Below are positions 25,840 through 32,000 of a DNA stretch of 32,000 bases, piece after piece; within the stretch, counting starts at the first letter, position 1, and every line of letters starts with the position of its first letter. A program made the translations under genes and the position numbers. Origin of the DNA: Acaryochloris marina MBIC11017 (GTDB lineage Bacteria; Cyanobacteriota; Cyanobacteriia; Thermosynechococcales; Thermosynechococcaceae). The stretch lies in contig NC_009925.1 of the NCBI RefSeq assembly GCF_000018105.1, forward strand, positions 1,200,001 to 1,232,000, in the 5' to 3' direction. The notes under the pieces were generated by a model that saw only the letters and a program-made list of their open reading frames with translations, ran no database searches and was not told where the DNA came from.

Positions 25840-26258
25840 TTTTCGAGCGTACGTCGCACAGTTTCATCCGATAGGCTTTCGACGACTTTAAGTTCAACCA
25901 GCCGTTCTGCCAATAGCTGCATGGTCCACCGGCAACAACCGGTTGGTGGGTCGCTACAAGCTGTCGCAATTAGCAAGGCCTCTGCTTTGCTATCGAGCTT
26001 CTTTTGCCCTCCTGGTCTGGGACGCTCATTGAGGGCAAATTCCACACCACCTTCAACAAATTTCTGGCGAGTACGATGCACGGTAGAGATGCCTGCATTG
26101 AGCATTTGAGTAATGGTATCGTCTTTGTGTCCCTCATCTGCCAACATCAAAATCTGGGCTCGTTTCATTTTTCGCGCTGACAGGGTTCTACGTCGGGTGA
26201 GTTGTATCAGCTCACTGCGTTCTTCAGGCGTTAGCGTCACAATATATTTGTCAGGCAT
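25818..26258 (-). CDS. IS630-family transposase, N-terminal HTH part (orfA)
   Basis: 146-aa ORF with helix-turn-helix regions (RAQILMLADEGHKDDTITQMLNAGISTVHRTRQKF; CRWTMQLLAERLV). It ends shortly after an A7 run. Confidence 0.85.
   Translation of the reverse strand: MPDKYIVTLTPEERSELIQLTRRRTLSARKMKRAQILMLADEGHKDDTITQMLNAGISTVHRTRQKFVEGGVEFALNERPRPGGQKKLDSKAEALLIATACSDPPTGCCRWTMQLLAERLVELKVVESLSDETVRRTLEKNSLSLG
25837..25843 (-). promoter_or_regulatory. A7 slippery run (T7 on the plus strand) joining orfA and orfB by a -1 shift
   Basis: The minus strand reads GAA AAA AAC in frame A. A -1 slip gives GAA AAA AAA CAG CTT AAG CCT TGG, i.e. ...TLEKKQLKPWLKEQW..., the junction expected for a full-length IS630-type transposase. 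Confidence 0.55.
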
Positions 26259-26356
26259 GATTAGTTGGCTAAAAACAGCTAGATTGTTGCTAGCTTACCT
26301 ATCCAATTCAGTGTGGTCGAGCACTAGTTACAGGTTCCCAAATCCTGATCAATACA

Positions 26357-26512
26357 GGTGGGGGGAACGATACCGTCTCTGGTAGCAATCTAGCCGAAAC
26401 CATCAATGGTGGAGCGGGCAACGATAGACTCAACGGCAATAACGGTAATGACACCCTCTCAGGCGGCCTAGGAGCCGATACCCTTACAGGCGGTGCTGGC
26501 GATGATGTGCTG
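26357..26512 (+). repeat. RTX (GGxGxDxUx) calcium-binding nonapeptide block 1
   Basis: [52 protein letters not shown]. Confidence 0.8.
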
Positions 26513-26620
26513 ATTGATGAGGGCAGCGGCGAAGCTGAGAACCCAGACGCTGCCGCCTTTGGCCCTGCCACCACTGCCACTACTGCCTTCGCTGGCACCA
26601 GCGGCTTTACCAATGAGGAC

Positions 26621-27545
26621 CAATTCCCCCGCCGATTAGCTGATGTCAATGGCGATGGTCGAGCCGATATTGTTGGCTTTGGCAATAGTGCCGTGGTTGT
26701 GGCTCTCGGGCAAGCAGATGGCACCTTTGGTACAGCCTTCGTTGCCGACAATGTGTTTACCCGCCTCAATGGCTTTTCCAGTGAAGACCAATTCCCCCGC
26801 CGATTAGCTGATGTCAATGGCGATGGTCGAGCCGATATTATTGGCTTTGGTAATAGTGCCGTGGCTGTGGCTCTTGGACAAGCAGATGGCACCTTTGGTA
26901 CAGCCTTCGTTGCCGACAATGTGTTTACCCGCCTCAATGGCTTTTCCAGTGAAGACCAATTCCCCCGCCGATTAGCTGATGTCAATGGCGATGGTCGAGC
27001 CGATATTATTGGCTTTGGTAATAGTGCCGTGGCTGTGGCTCTTGGACAAGCAGATGGCACCTTTGGTGCAGCCTTCGTTGCCGACAATGTGTTTACCCGC
27101 CTCAATGGCTTTTCCAGTGAAGACCAATTCCCCCGCCAATTAGCTGATGTCAATGGCGATGGTCGAGCCGATATTATTGGCTTTGGTAATAGTGCCGTGG
27201 CTGTGGCTCTCGGACAAGCAGATGGCACCTTTGGTGCAGCCTTCGTTGCCGATAATGTATTTACCCGCCTGAATGGCTTTAGCAGTGAGGATCTATTCTC
27301 TCGCCAGGTAGCGGATGTGAATGGCGATGGCCGAGCCGATATTATCGGCTTTGGTAATAGCGCCGTAGCTGTAGCCCTAGGCCAAGCAGATGGCACCTTT
27401 GGTACAGCCACAGTGGTCAACCAAAGCTTCGCCCGACTCGGAGGCTTTCCAACATCATCTGCCACACCGCGACTCGTGGCAGATGTGGATGGGGATAACC
27501 GAGCCGATATCGTTGGTTTTGGCAATGATCAGGTAACCATTGCTA
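26621..27545 (+). repeat. Tandem 168-bp (56-aa) repeat array, about 5.5 units, FG-GAP-like
   Basis: Unit phase markers lie at 26621, 26789, 26957, 27125, 27293 and 27461. The unit is [56 protein letters not shown]. Regions 26761-26928 and 26929-27096 differ at one position (26900 A vs 27068 G). Confidence 0.9.
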
Positions 27546-27571
27546 CCGCGCTGGCCGTCAATGACAGTCTG

Positions 27572-27662
27572 ATTGGCGGTACAGGAAACGACCGTCTCGT
27601 TGGTGGAACCGGCAATGATCTGCTCACAGGCGGCGCTGATGCCGACACGTTTGTCTTTGATG
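27572..27662 (+). repeat. RTX nonapeptide block 2
   Basis: [30 protein letters not shown] is followed by a non-repetitive acidic/hydrophobic C-terminal tail. This layout is typical of type-1-secretion substrates. Confidence 0.7.
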
Positions 27663-27897
27663 CCAACGCAGCGTTGGGTGGCATTGATCAGATTACAGAT
27701 TTCAATGCAGCTCAAGGAGACATCCTAGAGATTGACCAAGCAGCATTTGGCATTATGGGGCTGGCCGATATTTCCTTCAATGCGACGAGTGGGGAATTAT
27801 TCGTCACCGGCACCCATAACAACACCCTGGCTATCCTTACCGGGCAATCTGGGTTTGATATCAATACTCATGTCAACCTAGTCTAAGGATGCATTAC

Positions 27898-27933
27898 CCC
27901 AAGGCTAATCCATTAACTAGGAACAGCCTTGGG
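27898..27933. terminator. Hairpin between convergent genes (9-bp stem CCCAAGGCT / AGCCTTGGG)
   Basis: Perfect 9-bp stem (27898-27906 and 27925-27933). A T5 run follows 12 nt downstream on the plus strand. Confidence 0.4.
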
Positions 27934-27952
27934 CAATGTCAACCGTTTTTAT

Positions 27953-27988
27953 AGCTCGTATGGGTCTATACAACAGCCCATACGAGCT
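27953..27988. terminator. Hairpin between convergent genes (12-bp stem AGCTCGTATGGG / CCCATACGAGCT)
   Basis: Perfect 12-bp stem (27953-27964 and 27977-27988) with a 12-nt loop. It lies between the stop of the plus-strand RTX gene (27886) and the stop of the minus-strand ligase gene (28024). The U-tracts are weak. Confidence 0.45.
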
Positions 27989-28023
27989 TTGAGATATCTG
28001 GAGACTTCCCAAACCCTATCAGT

Positions 28024-29529
28024 TCACAAGGCTTTGCGGTTCAACTTACCCAGAGACGTATAGGGAAGGGCTTGGCGAAACTCAATCACAGCAGGCATTT
28101 GATAGCGAGCCACCCGTGGCTTTAGCCATGCCAATACCGTTGATTGCTCTAAGTTCTCAGCAGACTTAGGGATAATAATCGCTTTCAATCGCTGTCCAAA
28201 CTCTGGATCAGGAATCCCCAGGACCACTGCCGCCTCAATTCCTGGATGTTGGAGCAGCACATTTTCCAGTTCCAGGGGATAAACATTCTCCCCCCCAGAC
28301 ACAATCATGTCATCCACCCGGCCACACAAAAAGAGATTCCCTTCCCCATCTCGATAAGCCAAATCTCCCGTTTCTATCCACCCTTTAGCCCCCGCAGACC
28401 AGGCACTGCGGATACAAAGCTGCCCTTTTGACGAAGGTCCATCCGGCTGGATCTGGACCTGAACCCCGGTAATCGGCTTGCCAATGGACTCTGGCTGCTT
28501 TTGCAACAACTCTGGATCCGCCAAGATACAAAACCCTGCTTCAGACGTGCCATACAGGTTAAACAAAACCGGACCAAACTGCTCTAGGGTGGCTTGGGCC
28601 AACGCGGGTCGCAGAGCCGCCCCTCCCGTGAGGATACGCTGGAGGGAAGACAAAGCCTGGGCATTTTGGTTGAGCATCCGCCGCAACATCAACGGTACTA
28701 GAGTAATCACCTCAATGTTGTCTTGGGCAATCAGGTCACAGGCGCGACTGGCATCAAATCGGCGGGTGAAATACTGTTGCGCCCCCAAAGTCACCCCAAT
28801 TAAAAGAGCGGCTAGCCCAAAGCCATGATAAATCGGGGTGGCAATATACACCGTGCGATACCGATCCAAATGAATCTGCGAAAGTAGGGCAATAAAGGGA
28901 GGGAGGAAATCAAATAGGGAGGGTTTACGGCTGGCCGGTTTCGGTTGGCCCGTCGTGCCCCCCGTCATCACCACTACTTTCCCGGTCTTCACCTTACGCA
29001 GGGGAGTGGCGGATGGAGGCATCACAGACATCCGATCCACAGAATTGCTGGAAGGATGATAGGTGGGAATGGCCTTATGGCCTAGAGAAAGGTCATCAAC
29101 GATCGGAGTAAGTTCTGGATCATAAATGTAGTAGTCAAACTGAAGCTGATGTTCCAGGGCCCGGATCTGATCCGCACTCATTTCGGGATTGACCAGAAAC
29201 AAATCTGCCCCTAACCGAGAGACGGCAAAAATGGCTTTGATGGCTGCGGCATGGTTACGGGTTGCGATCGCAACCCTCTGTCGAGGCTGAATTCCACAGT
29301 CTCTCTGCAATCCGACCGCAACGGCCTCTGCTTGCTTCCATAACTTGGAGTAGGTTAATTCTTCCTGGTCATCAATCACAGCAATCCGCTCAGGATGCAG
29401 CTTGGCCGCAATTCGCAACAGAGCCATCAAGTTAACCCCCGTCGTCCAGATCGCTTCCAGCAAACGATACAAACCAACCAAGGTTAATAGGCGCGTCCGA
29501 TGCAGTTTTCTCAGCAGAGTAAAGATCAT
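28024..29529 (-). CDS. AMP-dependent synthetase/ligase (acyl-CoA synthetase family)
   Basis: 501-aa ORF with the AMP-binding motif MTGGTTGQPK, YGTSE, and GDLAYRDGEGNLFLCGRVDDMIVSGGENVYPLELE, plus a terminal GKLNRK lysine. Confidence 0.85.
   Translation of the reverse strand: MIFTLLRKLHRTRLLTLVGLYRLLEAIWTTGVNLMALLRIAAKLHPERIAVIDDQEELTYSKLWKQAEAVAVGLQRDCGIQPRQRVAIATRNHAAAIKAIFAVSRLGADLFLVNPEMSADQIRALEHQLQFDYYIYDPELTPIVDDLSLGHKAIPTYHPSSNSVDRMSVMPPSATPLRKVKTGKVVVMTGGTTGQPKPASRKPSLFDFLPPFIALLSQIHLDRYRTVYIATPIYHGFGLAALLIGVTLGAQQYFTRRFDASRACDLIAQDNIEVITLVPLMLRRMLNQNAQALSSLQRILTGGAALRPALAQATLEQFGPVLFNLYGTSEAGFCILADPELLQKQPESIGKPITGVQVQIQPDGPSSKGQLCIRSAWSAGAKGWIETGDLAYRDGEGNLFLCGRVDDMIVSGGENVYPLELENVLLQHPGIEAAVVLGIPDPEFGQRLKAIIIPKSAENLEQSTVLAWLKPRVARYQMPAVIEFRQALPYTSLGKLNRKAL
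29264..29271. repeat. HIP1 octamer GCGATCGC
   Basis: Exact match. Confidence 0.9.
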
Positions 29530-29533
29530 GGCT

Positions 29534-30349
29534 CTATCGTCTCCACCTCATCACCCCACTCCAAATTACTTCTCCCGGCCATCGCAGCAGGACAGATACC
29601 AACTCCCCCATCATCAACCACCAAGGGGCAATGGTCCGAGAACGGGTAACCATTGCTTTGCAAATCAGTTTAGCCACCTGATCTGGACTCAAGGCAGGCA
29701 TATTCTGATAGGCTTTCGTCGGCGCAATCATCCGAGTGCGTACCAAAGGTAAATAGATTGAAGTGGTCTTGACCCCTTGGGCATTGAGTTCAGGGGCGGC
29801 ACAGCGGAACCATTGGTCAAAGGCCGTTTTCGAAGCCTGATAGGCTGCCCATTGGGGGGCAGGCAAGAGCAGCACATTGATTGCCGAGATATTAATCATA
29901 TGACCCTGTTGAGCCACCAGGGTGGGGGTCAAGGCCAGCATCAACTGGACAGGACCAAAGTAGTTGATGTTCATGGTCCGGGTAAAGTCATGGAACCGAT
30001 CCAGAGAATCAAACAGGGATCGCCGAATCGACTTCCCCGCATTGCTCACCAGAATATCAATGGGATGGGGAAGCTGCTCTAGCAACGCTTCAACTTCTGT
30101 CGGCTGTCTCAGATCGCAGGGAAAAATATCTGCCTGTCCGCCACGGGCCTCTACCTGAGCTTGAACGGCCAATAGTTTCTCTTCAGTCCGCGCCACTAAG
30201 ATTAACTGAGTCATGGGCAAGGCTAGCCGTAAAGCCAAACATTCTCCGATTCCATAGCTCGCTCCGGTAATCAGAACCGTTTTTCCTACCAGCAATCGTT
30301 CGAGTCTACGCTGATTAACCCTAAGACAGGGAAAGAACAATAAATCCAT
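29534..30349 (-). CDS. SDR-family oxidoreductase, Acr1-like (putative fatty acyl-CoA reductase subfamily)
   Basis: 271-aa ORF with TGASYGIG (NAD(P) binding) and YQASK (catalytic Y-x3-K). Long stretches parallel Acinetobacter Acr1 as I recall it: VARTEEKL, GGQADIFPCDL, NAGKSIRRS..DRFHDFTRTMNINYFG, SIYLPLVRTRMIAPTK..PALSPDQVA. It lies 4 nt upstream of the ligase gene. Confidence 0.7.
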   Translation of the reverse strand: MDLLFFPCLRVNQRRLERLLVGKTVLITGASYGIGECLALRLALPMTQLILVARTEEKLLAVQAQVEARGGQADIFPCDLRQPTEVEALLEQLPHPIDILVSNAGKSIRRSLFDSLDRFHDFTRTMNINYFGPVQLMLALTPTLVAQQGHMINISAINVLLLPAPQWAAYQASKTAFDQWFRCAAPELNAQGVKTTSIYLPLVRTRMIAPTKAYQNMPALSPDQVAKLICKAMVTRSRTIAPWWLMMGELVSVLLRWPGEVIWSGVMRWRR

Positions 30350-30742
30350 TAGGCTGCCCCTCGTTCGCCCAGGCGCGCATCTACCAAAGGAAGTCTGCTG
30401 GATAGAGCTGGGTTAGTTTGAGCTGGCCTAGCAAGACATACAGTTATAGCAGACATAATCTTTAACGCTTTCTCAAGTCACCCACGATACAGGGGCATAC
30501 TACCTTAAATCATTGTCCCAGCAGCCATATCAGGGTCACGAATATCCCTACTTGAGATCAAGTGATCAATGGATTTTCCATAAACGAGCCAATGACCTTC
30601 TGCAAACTAATCGACGCCAAAGACATTAATTTATAGGGTTTGGCCCTGTCTAATGACCCCATTTTCTAGGGTGATTGAATTGAACCCGCGAAGAAACAGC
30701 AGTCCATAGCCTTCCAATACAGCTATAAAATAATCTCAAGTG

Positions 30743-32000
30743 ATGAATCCATCTCCAGGAACCCCCATGTCCCTAGCTCTAGACTCCAAACCCGATACCG
30801 ATAAACTGACGACTTATTTTCGCTGCATTGCCGGGTGTCCTGGCAAGCACTCCATCTATGACGTCATATACACCTGTCCCATCTGTGGCAGCTTACTAGA
30901 GGTGCATCATGAGCGGGAACCGCTGAAAAAGCGCAATGCCCTCCAATGGCAGCAATTGCTCAGCTCCCGAGCCAGCACCTCCATCTGGCCCTACGGGAGT
31001 GGTGTTTGGGGCATGCGGGAGTGGGTGGTTCCATCCCTAGCCGATGAAAATGTCGTCAGCATGTTCGAAGGCAATACCAACTTATTTTGGGCCGAACGCT
31101 TAGGCAAACAACTTGGCGTCCCCGACTTATGGATTAAGCTTTGCGGCAATAGCCATACGGGTAGCTTCAAAGACCTAGGCATGACCGTCTTGGTCAGCGT
31201 CGTCAAACAAATGATGGCCCAAGGCAGTTCCGTCAAAGCCGTGGCCTGCGCCAGTACAGGAGACACCAGCGCCGCCCTCGCCGCCTATGCCGCCTATGCG
31301 GGCATACCGGCCATTATTTTCTTGCCTGCCGGTAAAGTCAGTACGGCTCAGCTTATTCAGCCCGTCTGCAACGGTGCCCATGTCTTAGCCCTCGACACTG
31401 ACTTCGATGGCTGTATGAATATTGTCAAAGAGGTCACGCAAGACAATTCAATTTACCTCGCTAACTCGATGAACAGTCTGCGCATCGAAGGACAAAAAAC
31501 CGTCGGCATCGAAATTATTCGGCAGTTTAATTGGCAAGTCCCCGACTGGATCATCATTCCTGTGGGCAATTTGGGCAATATCAGCGCCCTCTATAAAGGC
31601 TTCAAGTTAATGATGGATCTGGGGTTGATCACTCGGATGCCCAGACTCGTCGCCGCCCAAACGCAGAAAGCCAATCCTTTTTACGAGTCCTTTAAAAACG
31701 GATTCAAAGAAAAAATTAGCGTAACAGCCCAAGACACCCTAGCCAACGCCATCCGAATTGGTGACCCGGTCAGTTATGACAAAGCCGTCACTGCGATCAC
31801 CGAAACAAACGGTATTGTCGAACAGGCCAGCGAAGACGAATTAGCTGCCGCAGCTGCCAAAGCTGATTTAACTGGGATGTTTACCTGTCCCCATACAGGC
31901 GTTGCCTTAGCCGTTCTCACCAAGCTGATCGAACGGGGTGAAATCAAATCCAGCGATAAAACCGTGGTGATTAGCACCGCCCACGGTTTGAAGTTCACCG
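30743..32000 (+). CDS. thrC: Threonine synthase, 5' part (runs off the right window edge)
   Basis: Absent from the track because it is open at the edge. My translation gives (MNPSPGTP)MSLALDSK...[30 protein letters not shown] (Zn-ribbon N-terminus), then [15 protein letters not shown] (PLP lysine), [17 protein letters not shown], and GNLGNISA. Candidate starts are ATG 30743 or ATG 30767. Confidence 0.9.
   Translation, partial: MNPSPGTPMSLALDSKPDTDKLTTYFRCIAGCPGKHSIYDVIYTCPICGSLLEVHHEREPLKKRNALQWQQLLSSRASTSIWPYGSGVWGMREWVVPSLADENVVSMFEGNTNLFWAERLGKQLGVPDLWIKLCGNSHTGSFKDLGMTVLVSVVKQMMAQGSSVKAVACASTGDTSAALAAYAAYAGIPAIIFLPAGKVSTAQLIQPVCNGAHVLALDTDFDGCMNIVKEVTQDNSIYLANSMNSLRIEGQKTVGIEIIRQFNWQVPDWIIIPVGNLGNISALYKGFKLMMDLGLITRMPRLVAAQTQKANPFYESFKNGFKEKISVTAQDTLANAIRIGDPVSYDKAVTAITETNGIVEQASEDELAAAAAKADLTGMFTCPHTGVALAVLTKLIERGEIKSSDKTVVISTAHGLKFT

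Larger units (their letters stand above)
25124..26324 (-). mobile_element. IS630-family insertion sequence (1,201 bp) inserted at a TA
   Basis: TA dinucleotides flank it on both sides (25122-25123 and 25325-26326 is not meant here: the right TA is 26325-26326). The terminal inverted repeats are imperfect: GTGCTTCGCCACAGTGA and the complement of TCAGTGTGGTCGAGCAC. It encodes HTH and DDE ORFs typical of IS630/Tc1-mariner. Excision of the element plus one TA restores the host frame. Confidence 0.88.
20534..27886 (+). pseudogene. Giant repeat adhesin / RTX-type secreted protein gene, split by an IS630-family element
   Basis: Removing 25124-26326 (1,203 bp: the element plus one TA) joins ...TIPNAL to [20 protein letters not shown]... 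in the same frame with no stop, giving about 2,050 codons. Confidence 0.85.
26327..27886 (+). pseudogene. C-terminal fragment: RTX nonapeptides, 56-aa FG-GAP-like repeat array, RTX block and C-terminal tail
   Basis: The frame is open from 26327 with no ATG start. The track ORF 26507-27886 begins at an internal GTG. The sequence [33 protein letters not shown] is typical GGxGxD calcium-binding repeat. Confidence 0.8.

Noticed and set aside
21091-27525. Long antisense ORFs on the minus strand (21091-22524 at 477 aa, 22810-23523, 23590-23886, 24541-25110, and 26308-27525 at 405 aa).
   Set aside because: They exactly mirror the plus-strand repeat periodicity (…KSAWLSPLKSPTVTE… repeating). They have no recognisable domains and arise because the repetitive, biased codon usage of the sense strand avoids antisense stops. 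The sense frames carry clear FG-GAP/Calx-beta/RTX motifs.
26621-27545. A regularly spaced, near-identical repeat array that could superficially resemble a CRISPR or satellite array.
   Set aside because: The units are contiguous (168 bp, no unique spacers). Their length is a multiple of three, and they lie in an open frame encoding a coherent 56-aa protein repeat.
1-32000. I looked for tRNA/rRNA genes, CRISPR arrays, integrase/att sites, toxin-antitoxin pairs and known defence-system genes.
   Set aside because: No T-loop-like GGTTCGAATCC-type motifs or cloverleaf candidates turned up in the intergenic regions. There are no spacer-separated direct repeats, and no ORFs with recognisable nuclease, ATPase-defence or TA features. 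A by-eye scan cannot exclude small ncRNAs.

Overview
Cyanobacterial-type chromosomal segment. Support: five exact HIP1 octamers (GCGATCGC), and a divergent sufR / sufBCDS locus with two CAAC-N6-GTTG operators.

Left third (1-10.7 kb):
- A partial radical-SAM gene, then sufS-sufD-sufC-sufB on the minus strand and sufR on the plus strand.
- An AT-rich islet carrying an orphan SAM-methyltransferase.
- A co-directional VOC / PNPOx-like / GST / TetR gene set. It sits behind a near-consensus sigma70 promoter whose 17-nt spacer is filled by a palindrome.

Middle (10.9-19.9 kb):
- A pentapeptide-repeat gene split by an IS1-family element. That element's own transposase gene is in turn split by a 132-bp MITE-like insert, so the insertion is nested.
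- A DUF3352-like membrane-anchored protein.
- A 1,865-aa ORF that fuses a TIGR03032/DUF4915-type domain of unknown function to a GT41-like module, a DXD GT-A-like module, TPRs and a canonical GT41 (OGT-like) module.

Right (20.5-27.9 kb, divergent from the giant glycosyltransferase):
- A giant surface or secreted protein gene with these parts: DUF4347-like N-domain, three 7-blade FG-GAP propellers, two Calx-beta domains, RTX nonapeptides, a 56-aa repeat array and an RTX C-terminus.
- It is cut at a TA by a 1.2-kb IS630-family element. Removing the element plus one TA restores a single frame of about 2,050 codons.

Right end: an acyl-CoA synthetase plus an Acr1-like SDR operon, then the 5' part of thrC.

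Most interesting items: the multi-glycosyltransferase fusion and its divergent pairing with the repeat adhesin gene, the nested mobile elements, and the CoA-dependent acyl-reductase pair. All domain calls come from reading the translations and from motif memory. No database search was run.
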